This document shows, piece after piece, positions 15,001-27,200 of a DNA stretch of 64,000 nt. The translations under genes were made by a program, and so were the position numbers. The notes under the pieces were generated by a model. That model searched no databases. It saw only the letters and a list, made by a program, of their open reading frames with translations, and was not told where the DNA came from. The stretch's first letter is position 1. The number at the start of each line of letters is the position of its first letter. This DNA is from Gracilinanus agilis (Eukaryota): NCBI RefSeq assembly GCF_016433145.1, contig NC_058135.1, positions 191,476,118 through 191,540,117 of the forward strand, in the 5' to 3' direction.

Positions 15001-18000
15001 CTCAGAATCAAAAAGTCTCAGGTCTTCTAGAGTCATCAATTTGTAAATAAATAAAAACTTCCTTTATAAAACATTGAGATCCTGAGACCCTGCCTAAGCC
15101 AACAACAGAGCATATTGACATTCACCCCTTGAAGTTCTAGACCCCAGTTTAAGCCTGTAGTGAGGTCTCAAAGATATACCTAGGACAAGGCAGGCTTCAG
15201 TGTGCCTGGTCAGTGCAAGTGTAAGCAGAGGACCAGAACCCCAGCACAAGGCAATCTGCAGTAAGTCTAGCTGGTGTAAGTCCAAGGGGAAGCCCAGAGC
15301 TCCTGCCTAGCCCTGGAATAAGACTAAGAATTCCAGTACAAAGTGGTCCACAGAGGGACTGGCTAGTGTAAGTCCAGAATGAGGTCCAGAGTTTTTCTCC
15401 AAGTTTGAGGTAAGGCCTGAACCCCAGTACAAGGTAAGGGCCTGCAAGCCATCAATAGGCCATAGGGGTGATTGAATTGACAGTGGGAGATAGTTTTCAG
15501 AGCTCTCACTCCATAGGCCATTAGACCACCATAGAAGAACTGAAACTTGCAGAAATCTATAACTAGAGCTGAGAATAGCAGCAAGGAAAAAATTGAAGTT
15601 TAAAAGAGTGCCTGAGCTTACCTTTAAGATGAAAAAAAAAGGCTAGGAAAATGAGCAAACTAAACAACAACAACAAACACCTAACCATAGAACATTATTA
15701 TGGAGGCAAAGAAGAACAAGGCACAAACTCAGAAGTAGACAGTGAGATCACAGAAGCTACATGCAAAACTTTAAAGAAAAATGGATGAATTTTTCTCCTA
15801 CTCTGGAAGAGCTCAGAAAGTATTTAAAAATAAATAAGAGGCAGAGAAAAACAGGGAAAAGAAATAAAAGCAATGCTAGAAGAAAATAATCCCTTAAAAA
15901 GCAGAATTGGCCAAATGGAAAAGGAAGTACAAAAATTCAATGAAGAACAGAATTTCTTAAAAATTTTAAATTGGATAAACGAAAGCTAATGATTTCATGA
16001 GACATCTAGAAACAATAAAATTACTTTAAAAGAAGAAAAAATAGAATAAAATGTGAAATATCTCATTGGGAAAAAAACCACAACTGACTTGGAAGATAGA
16101 TCCAGGTGAGACAATTTAAGAATTATAAGACTATCCAAAAACCATAATAAAAAAAGTCCTAGACATCACATAAGAAATAATCAAAGAAAACTACCCTGAT
16201 AGTCTTGAACAAGAGGGTAAAATGGAAATGGAAAGAATACACAAATCACTGCCTGAAATAAATCCCCAAATGACAACTCCTAGGAACAGTATATCCAAAT
16301 TCAAGAGCTCCCACACTAAGAAGAAAATACTGCAAATAACAAGAAAGAAACAATTCAAATATCACAGAGTTAGTCACAATCAGAATTTCCCCGAATTTAA
16401 CAACTTCTACATTAAAGGATTAGAAGAGCTTGAAATATGATATTCTGGAAGGCAAATGAATTAGTTTACAACCAAAAATCACCTCTCCAGAAAAAATTAG
16501 TAACTTTTTTCTGGGGAAAAATAATCATTTAATAAAATAGAAGATTCCTAAGAACTCCTCATGAGAAGACCTCAACAGAAAATCTGATGTTAAAATATAA
16601 GATGCAAGAGAAGCATAAAAACATAAATAAGATAAAATTTAAGGGATTTGATAAAGATCAAATTATATTCTTATATGGAAAGATATTTTTAACTGTTAAA
16701 AATTTTATTATTATTAAGGCAGTTAGAAGGAGTATACATAGACAGAAGGTTCAGAAGTAAATTGAGTAGGATGACATGATATCCAAAAAAACAAACAAAT
16801 GAGGGGTGAAAAAGAGAGTTTTGCTGAGAGAAAAAAGGGAGAGGTAGAATGGGGTAAATTATCTCACGTAAAGAGGTGCAAAAAAGGCTATATTACAGTG
16901 GAGGGGAGGATGAAGGTGGTAACAGGCAATGTTTAAGCCTTACTCTCACTGGAATTGGCTTAGAGAAAAAATAACAACAATATCCTTTTTGGTACTGAAA
17001 CCTATCTTACATTATAGAGAAGTAGGAAGGGAATAATAAAAAGGAAGGAGGGAATAGGAGGGAGGGTGAAGGCACTGGTTAAAAAGAAAACACTTGTGAG
17101 AAGGGATAAAGGGAGAGAGAAATAGCAGGATGAAAGAGAAAAATAAGATAAAGGGGAGTACACAGATAGATGGTAATCATAGCTATGAATGTGAATGGGA
17201 TGAACTCGCTCATTAAATGGAAGTGGATAGAAAAGTGAATCAAAATTCAGAATCCTACAATATGTTGTTTACAAGAAATACATTTGAAGGAGGGAGACAC
17301 ACACAGAGTAAAGATAAGGGGCTGGAGCAGAATTTATTATGCTTCAACTGAAGTAAAAAAAGCAGGGGTAGCAATCATAATCTCAGATAAAGCTAAAGCA
17401 AAAATAGATTTAATAAAAAGAGATGAGGCAGGGAATTAAATCTTGATAAAAAAGGTACCATAAACAATGAGGTAATATCAATACTAAACATATATGCATC
17501 AAATGGCGGATCAATGGAATAGATTGGATACAAAATATAGCTAGGCAAATGACCATAGCAATCTAATGTTTGATAAACTCAAAGAGCTTTTGAGATAAGA
17601 ACTCTTTATTTGGCAAAAACTGCTGTAAAAACTAGAAAACAGCAGGGTAGAAACCAATAGATAGACAAGTGATGGGCAAACCTTTTAAAGAGGGGGCCAA
17701 AGGAAAGGAAATGTTCATCTGTCAGTCTGTTTCTAAGGCAACTCTTTGGAAGTTTCATTGTATTGTATCCAACTCATTGTATTCACCAGATTAGGAATAA
17801 TGTCCTGCCACTGGATAGAATATTTCAGGGGGCTGCATCTGGACCGAGGGCTGTAGTTTGCCCATCATTGGTATAGACCGATATCTTAAACCCTATACCA
17901 AGATAAGGTCAAAATGTGTATATGATTTGGACATAATGGGTGATATCATAAGCAAATTAGGAGAGCATAGGATAGTCTACCTGTCAGATGTATGGAGAAG

Positions 18001-21000
18001 TGTATAATTGGAATTGGGAAGATGCCATTTAAAAGTATGTTATATATTTTCTATGGACATGTGGGAGACTTTGAAACTACATTTCCCATGATTCCTCATG
18101 GCAAACAGGAAGTATGATGATGTAAGAGAGGGGTTAAATCTCCTGGGTGAGGAGGAAGTGGCTCTCTTAGCTACGAGGCCCGGAAGGGACGAGAGGTAAA
18201 AAAATGGCTGAGGCGGCAGTTTAAATTCTTACAGGCGCGTGGACTAATGATTTTTATCTCTATCAGCATGGCAGTATAAATGTTATGGAGACCATGCACA
18301 GTTTGCTCAATAGTTACCAAATCAATTATATTGTTCTTTAATGCTTGTGACTTTCTGGTATAAAGTTTTTGTTTCTTGATCAATATATCAGGTTTTTGGG
18401 GAAGTATTTTTAAAAAAGTGATGCCAAGTGTGAATTATTTAAATAAAAAAATAAAAATATAATTGGCTGATATTTGCCACCATTGTGTTCATTTTTGTGG
18501 TAATAGGTATGTGACACTTTTTAAAAGAAAGATGGGTTTAAGTTAACACCTTGGAAGAACCTGGTAAAGTATCACTATCAGTTATCTAGGATGGCAAGCT
18601 AGGTGTTGTCAACTTCTCACTCTCTCGCCCCATGATGATGATAATTATGATGATGATAATGACAACAATAAAAAAATTAGGATTTATAAAGCACTTTAAG
18701 GGTTTACAAAGCCACTTTATAAATGGTTTGTTTTACCTACAATAACCCTATTTTATGGATGTGAAATCAGAAACCCAGGCTAAGTGACTTGCTCAGGGTC
18801 ACATGCTGGATTTGAACCCAGATCTTACCAATTCCATGTTAGCACTCTAGTAAGGAATAAGAAGATCTGAAAGGTATGAAGGCTATGAAAACTTTTAATT
18901 CTTCTGATCCTAGAGGAAATAGGGAGCCAATGGAGTTGATTGAATAGGAGAATGATATGGACAGACTAACACTTTAGGAAGATCAATTTGATGATTGAAT
19001 GCATAATGAATAGAGTAGGGGGAGACTTGAAGTAGAGAGACTAATCAGAAGATTACTGAAATGGGCCAGGGCTTGAAGGGATGAAGGTTTGTCCTGATTA
19101 GTGTTAGTGCCACCTAGCTGCCTCTAATATTCAGTCAATTGCCAAGTCCTGTTGATTTTATTCTACCTTTGGAACATCTCTCGTATACATGCTACTCTTT
19201 TCTTCTCTGACACTGACACCATCACATTTACCTAACCCTACCTTTCCCCTCAAAATTCTTGCACAATCAGTGGTTTTTCTAGAACCCAATTCATTAGCAT
19301 TTTAGGCTTATTTCAGTCAATGGTTATCCTTTAGGGGAACATGTAGTCCCACATTACCATGTGATATCAACATTCCCTTACTTTTTGCCACCATGGTCTA
19401 GAAAATGTGTTGAACTTAGAAGAAGTTATTATTGCCATCATTAGGATTCCATTCTTTCTCATCTATTTTGATGAAGTTTAAATAGAGATGATCTGAGGTG
19501 AATCACCCAAACATGCATTTATTAAATGATGACTCTGTGCCAGTCATTGGGTTAAGTGCCGAGGATAGACACAAAGACAAAAGCCAAATGATCCTTACAT
19601 TTACAAAGCTAGCATTTAAACATGTGAAACAACAGACACCTACAAGAATACATACAGGATAATACATGAAATAAATACAAGACCACCTGAGAATATAAAG
19701 CACCAACAACTAGTGGGGAATGATGAAGGAGTGAATCAGGAGATGTCTTCTGAGGGGATTCCATGAGCTGAGTCTTAAAGAAAACTTTATAATTTAAGAG
19801 ACAGAAGGGAGAAAGGGAAGCATTCCAGGTATGAGGGAAAGCCAGTACAAATGGTTGGAGATAGCATATGGAGACTCATCTGTGAGGAATAGCAAGTAGG
19901 CTAGAGTAGCTGGACTGGAGAGAATATGGAAGGAAAAGTTGTTAGCCTGTTATTATTTATAGTTAATATTCTATAGACTGTTGTGTAAATGGATAAGATG
20001 ACTTTTTAATAACTGAATTTTGTATTAAAAGCAATACTTCTTAGCTCTAAAAGCATTCTCAGTTCAATTTTAGCAGCAGACAGGACAGCAAGAATATGTC
20101 CTTCGGGCATTTCCCATATGATTTTGATCACCACTTCTAAGGCTTTATATTTTGAAATGTTTTCATTCTATGTGGTCAGGAGTATTTGGATGGCAACATC
20201 TATTAAAATTTGGTTCTTAATAAGTGTGTGAATAGAATTAGCTTAAGCCCATTCATAGTTAAAACTCTACTATGAGAAATGATATCATCCCCACCTCCCT
20301 TAGTGGGGAGGGGAAATGAGTTACTCACATGTGACAATAAGTAACAAATCAAGAACAAGGGACTGCCCTTTGGGCAGTCCAAATCAATGTAGAGGCTGCC
20401 ATTTGTCCACTTGAATTAGAGGTGGACCACAGGAAGTGACGAGAGACACTATCTCTTCAAGTATGTTGGTTACTTCCTGTTGGGGCAGTTCCCTCTTTGA
20501 ACTTGGTGCTGATGGATCTTGGCTGAGACCTCAGGCTGCTTCCACTCTAAACTGTCATGTGGGTAAATTAGGACTTTCTTCCTTGGCCTACCTTGGCATT
20601 TTCCAAATTCTACCTTAAGTAGGCTCTTGCCTCTCTGATTACTAAGGCCTTGTGGCATGTAATCTAGTTTAATTAGTCTTTTAACCCTCTCTCTCCATCC
20701 AGGCCTCTGCAGGCCTGGACTAGCCTCTCCCTCTCTTTATTTCCCTACCTTCTACCTTCCTAATTGTAAATAAACTACCTTAATCTCGATCCTGACTTGG
20801 GTCTATTTTAATTATGGAATCAATCTGAATTATTGATTCCTGGCAGCCACAGTTTAAATATATACCTATAAAATACCTAAAATCTCCCTCTTACATAAGC
20901 TGATATAGTTCAATCTTAAGTGATTGTGGGCATTAGTCTGATGTGTGAAAATGGTTCAATTCTAGTTCATAGTAGTCTTTTTTTCTTATGGACTTTGCAA

Positions 21001-21132
21001 ATACAAGGTAAGAAGATCAAGAGAGCCAGTGACACACATTGGACAACTGGTTTCAAACAGTTCTTCAGACACATACTGTGAACATAACTAATTCATAGAA
21101 CTTCTAAGAATTAGTTTTCTACTAAAAAGAGG

Positions 21133-21201
<69 letters not shown>

Positions 21202-24200
21202 ATCTACATCTACATCTACTGCTGCTGCTATTGCTGCTACTACTACTATTACAATTACTTACATTACCTATCTCCCTCCCAAGGCTATTATGAAGGTACT
21301 TTGCAAACATTAAAGTGCTATACAAATGTGATGTGCTCTTATTTTTATTTAAATCACCCAGCCTCATATCAAAAGTCATTCCTTTTAGAATGAACTACAA
21401 ATCACACCACCATGCAACTCTACAATTTATCTCCCTTTCAATACTTAAGTACATGTTATTTTGCCCCTGATTAATATGGTGGGCACAAAATACATTTAAT
21501 TGTTACTTATATTTCAATTCTATCTTTCAAGTTCATCTTTCTATTGGATAGCAAATACTTTGTAGACAGAAAATTGGTATTTCCTAGTCATAAAATTCAA
21601 GTAATGGTTTTAAGAAAAAAATTTAGTTCATAACTTGTTTTATTCAAAAAGAATAAAAATTGGTCCTTATAAAACCAGTGGCAAATATAAAGTGAATGTA
21701 ATATTCTGACTGTTATTGGTTCTATGCTGTTTTATATTTTCAACAATAACTTGAAACGAAGGCATAGGTAGTTTTTTGTGAGCTTGAAAGTACAAAATGA
21801 TTGAACAGTGATATGACATCCAAAAAATCTAAAGAAATTTCAAGCTAATCTAAAAAAGGCAGTGTCTATAACTTGAATTAATAGTCTTGAGAGTCTTTTC
21901 TGCTCAGACCATATCTTGAGTACTGGTTCTGAGCACTTCATTTTAGGAAGAGTTTTGATAAGCAGGAGAGTTTCTAATTAATCAAGCAAAACAAGCATTT
22001 ATTAAGAGTCTACTATAAAACAAGAACTATGATAGGTACTGGGAATGCAACTACAAAGAACGAAACAATTCCTATTTCTAAGGATTTTATATTCTAATGG
22101 AAGAGATACACACGTACATGCACACACATACATATTTATGTTGCATAGCTATAAAGTGAATACATAAATATTTATAAAGAAGTGAAATACAAAGTAGTTA
22201 AGGAGGGAGCACATTAGAGTGGATAAGGAAAAGCTTCTTTAAGTAGATGGTAACCAGAGTGGTGAAGGATGCTGAGGTGATGGTGTATGTGGGATGTTCA
22301 TTTGCTCTTGAGAAGAAAACAATTATGGGGGACATCCCAAATGTCTGTCTCCAAGAAAACAGATTATACTAATCCTGTCTGAACCTAAAGGAGAAAAATA
22401 GGAGCCACAGGTGAAAGTTACAAAGAGATGATTTTAGAATTGATAAAAAGGAAACCTGCTGAATTACTAGGTTTGTTAAAAGTAGAATGGACTAGAAGGT
22501 AAAGGATTCTTTAACTCTGGACTTCTTCAAGCAAAAGCTATCTGACCATTTTCAAGTATATCAGAGGATTTTCTTATTCAGGTATGGGACAGATTAGACA
22601 GCTTCTAGGATACTTTCCAAAGCTCATACTCTGCCAGTTCTTTTCCCCTTTTTTGTTGTATGCATTTGGAAGTAATTCCTAAATGAACTTGCAATGGCAA
22701 AGGCTTATCATAATTCTCCTAACTTGATGATATATAGAATCAAGGAGGAGGTAGTGATAGTTTCAAATGGAATGGATGTGCTGGTAAACAAAGGAATTTA
22801 TGTATATTTTTCAGGGCAAATCAACCATATTTATAATGATTTCTCAAAATATTTGATAAGATTGATTCAACCCATAACATGCCAGTACAGGTTACATATT
22901 CTATGGATCCTCAATAATAAATGTTTAATGATACTAATGAAATGAGAAATAAAAAGATTCACTATTATATTTACTTACCTTATAAATAAGGCTATCCACT
23001 AACAGATCATGCTGAATCACATTAGATTTGAGCTGCTCATAATACAACAGGTCCTAAAATAAAAGAAATAACTTTGAAATTCAAAGACTCTTATTATATG
23101 CAGAATCAAGCCTTTTGGTAAAACATAAAAGTACAAATGACTATTATTCAAGCATCTGACCAAGGCAGATAAACAATCTACTCTGCTTAACTGTGAAGTA
23201 TTGGTGTGTATTGACTTTCTGGCATACAGGTTATAACAACCCCATTGAAAGTAAATTATTTGAGGGCAGGAACTATTTTCTTTTTCTACTTTTCATGCCT
23301 AACACAGAGCCTTGCTCAAAGATATTTAATAAATGCCTGCCAATTTGAATTCTTTAAGATGAACACATATCCCAAATTAGGCAAAATAAAAGTCCCAAAT
23401 TTGTTCTTTAGGGCTTGGGATATCTGGTCAATTCCCATGGTGTAAATTATAACAGAGGATATAGAACTCTGCCAAAGCACAGAAGTTCTTGGTTAAGACC
23501 TGAGATTTACAACCAGAATTCTTGAAGAATAAAAAGAACATAAGAACTTATGTTTTATAAACCCTAGCCTACAAAACTCAAGATAGGATTAAAGGAAAAG
23601 ACCTGGGAGGCAGTCTAGTGATCTCCACCAAGGCTGTGCTTCAGGGATTCAGGATTCAGTTAGTTCTACACTGCCCACAATCACACCAGGCTACCCTAGA
23701 TGAGAGCTCCTGTTTCACTTTAAGAACAAATGGTGGACTGATATTAATGGATAGTTTTTTAATAATAGAATGTGAGATTTGATTTTAAAATACAAGAAAC
23801 TGATCAACTCCAGTCTCTGAATATTATCCCTTCTAACCTAGAACAGAATAATTAAGGAAAATATAGTCCCTTCTGAGTTTATAAATGCTTTCCCCACAAC
23901 CTACCAAGGCTGCCCATGAAGCACAGCTAAGATAGAGGTAAGTACCCCAGAGAGACCAGGAACAAAAGAAGAGTTGCGCATAGCAGATACTCTCCATAAT
24001 CCAGCATTCTCTATCATCTGATTCTACGTAGAATCAAATCTTCAGTGGAAGATAGGATAAGTAAGTTATGATTATATTTTATTTTAAAATCTTATTAAAA
24101 GCCTTTTTTAATGTTTCTTAAATCACCTTTCTAATTATAATAGACCCACATTATGACTAAATTTAAAAACTTGTGCTTTTCTACTAGTCACTTTCTCTTC

Positions 24201-27200
24201 TTTATTTCTTAAATAAATTATTTACTTTGAAAAATATGCTAGGATATAATTCACATGGAAATAATTCATGAGATATGAAAAGTCTATTATTTAATAAAAA
24301 GAAAACATCATAAAGGGCCTCTGTATTCTTCATAGAAAGCCTAGGTAAAAGTATCATGCCAAAATAGAGGGAAACATTGCTTTTTAATAAAAAGAAATAC
24401 AATAAAAGATTATTAGGCAAGTTGACAAGTGATGGACAATTAGAGTTGCAGATATAAAAATAGAAGAACTTTCATGAATAAATATTAAAACATTTGCATT
24501 AATCTTGAACCAAAAGTAACATAAAAATTAAATCCAATGACTCTGGGTATTTCCAGAATGGTGATTCTTAACTAGGTCTATAAGTCAGGCTGCTATTTTT
24601 CTACATTTTGATCACTGTATTTCAAAATAATTGGTTTCCTCTATAATCCTAATTATTTTACATTATACTTAAAAAAAAATTTATTCTGAGAAGGGATACA
24701 GTAGTCTCCACCAGACTGCCATAGGGGCCCATATATAAAAAGTTAAAAATTCCTACTCTAGAACAAACTTTTAATAAAAACAGAGGTTCTAAAATACTTT
24801 TTAGATTGCTAATGACAAAAAAAGGAATGATTTTAATTGTTTCAACAAATATTATGCTCAGTGTTGTGAAGTCCACATAAAGAAAAGAGCCTCTGCTCTC
24901 AAGGAATATATGATCTAATGGGAAGACTTGGGAAAAAGAAACATAATTGAACTCCCTTTTAAAGAAGTTTCTTCCAATGCACCTCTCCTAAAATTTGTGT
25001 TATTAGACAGTTTCCTTGGGGATGCTAAGAAATTAAATGATTTGAGTAGGGTCACGCATGACTTATATGTCAGAGTTAGGACTTAAAGCTGTAAAGAGAG
25101 CTCTTTATGAACAATGATTATTGCCTCTTCTAGGGGTGGTATATTTGAAAAAAATTTTAATATAAAAAGTGAGATGCTATTGGTAGTAGAGCAGCTACAT
25201 GGTATCTGAAGTTCTTAATTTTCTGTTTAGTATTTTTAATACTATAAATTTTATTTACTCCATACCACAAATGAAATGTTGCATAGCACATTGAATAAAG
25301 GACTTGAGTTGGAGGCAAGAAAACCTATATCCAAACCCTGTCTCAGACACTTACCACAGCTATGTGACCCTATCCAAGTCATTTAACCTCTCTCAGCCTC
25401 AGTTTCCTGATCTGTAAAATGGGGAAATAATAGCAACTACTTCACAGAGTTCTGAAAATCAAATATATGAAAGTACAAAAAAAATTTATCATCATTATCA
25501 TTATCATTTTGACATAGTGAATAGAACTCCTAATATCTCAAGAAAATCCCAGTAATGTCTCCTTCAAAGAATAGACATGACATAATTTCCCCCATTACTC
25601 TTGTTTCTGATAGCCCTTCTTTTCTCCAAATTAAACAACCCCAGTTCCTTCAGTTGACTCTCATATGTCATGAACTCAAGACGCTTCACAATTTAATCCT
25701 TGTCAAGATAATTTACATATCTTCATTTTAATTGTTTTATCTTCCTTTCAAAGATGCCACTATCTATATCCAAGTTCCAAATATAATTATGGAATATGTA
25801 ATATCTGAAAACATGTGCCTTGAACATTTACTTTTCTACTAGTATTATTGTACTACTACTTAGGACTAAAATAAAACAAAGTAATTTTTCCTATAAATAA
25901 AAATATACTACAAAATATTATCCAAGTTAATTTAATGTATCTTCAAATTATAGACAATGTAGAAAATTTTATTTTATTTGCTATTCAAAACAATAACTTG
26001 TTTGCAATTGAATTTGTAATGTTCCTTTGGTTTTAAAATAATATAAAAGATGATCCTTTAAGACCAGTGCTAGGAGAGTAATATTTTAATAAAAAACAAA
26101 TCACAAATATTCTAATTGATATGCCAAATGCTTCTATACACAAATTAAAATTAATCATTTAAATGTTTGCAGTAAATACTACATATCTGCCTTTTTAGTT
26201 CCTATTCATGTGCTGCTGAACAAAGATCCAGGAAATCACAAAACTGTGTTGATTGGGGTCACTAAAAATTTCTGTTATTTAATCTCAACTTGGCCTTCAT
26301 TACAGCCAGGTAAACATTCTGTTCTACCATCCCACTCTTCACAGCAACTATTCCAAACACTCCTTAAGCTTCCCAAAGCTCCTCTTTCCACTTTCAAATC
26401 TTGTTTCTACCTTGAAATCTATTATGTAAGTCCTCTTTTCTCCACCCTAAGTTCTCATTATCTCTTTTCTAGATTATTGCAATAGCCTTTTTTTTTTAAC
26501 CCTTATCTTCCACCTTAATACTGTAAATTAGTCCCAAGGCAGAAGTACAGTAAGGGCTAAAGCAATAGAGGTCAAGTGACTTGCCTAGGATCCCACTGCT
26601 AAGGAAGGGCCTAAAGCCAGATTTGAATCCAGGACCTCTCCTCTAGCCCTGGCTCTCAATTCGCTGAGCCACCTAGCTGCCCCCCACTGCAACAGCCTTT
26701 TAACCGGGCTCCTTCTCCTATGTCTTCTCTCTCTCCAATCCAACCTCTGCTAATCTGCCTACGAGGTTTTTCTAAACCAGAGGTCTGACCATGTCACCTT
26801 GCTCCTCAATGGCCTCCAAAGCCTCCCTATCATTTCACCTCTGAGCTCAAACACTGAATTCTGTCATTTAAAGCTTGGACTCTGACTCCTTTCTGCCTTT
26901 TCAGCTTTGTAGCTTTTCAAGCCACACCAGTCTACTGAAGTGTTCTTTGAACGTGACATTGTAGCGTTCATCTTTTCCTTTGCACTGGCTGCCCTTGGAC
27001 TGCCTTTTCTCTGTTCTCATGGTTTCCTTGGTTTCATTCTACCTATCTATGTTTGTCTACCTGTCTATCTTCTATGCACTTAGCTATTTACATGCTGTCT
27101 CGTCCATTAGAATGCTTGGAGGCAGGGTCTATTTTTTCCCCCCTTTCTTTGTAACCTTTGCACTTAACATAGTGTCTGGTGCCTAGAAAGCACTTAATGA

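Noticed and set aside
21122-21379. Poly-Ser ORF
   Set aside because: Translation of the (TAC)n microsatellite.
24019-24036. Perfect 18-bp palindrome tgattctacgtagaatca
   Set aside because: A rough estimate gives on the order of 0.2-0.7 such 9-bp-arm palindromes by chance in 64 kb of AT-rich DNA, and there is no supporting context.
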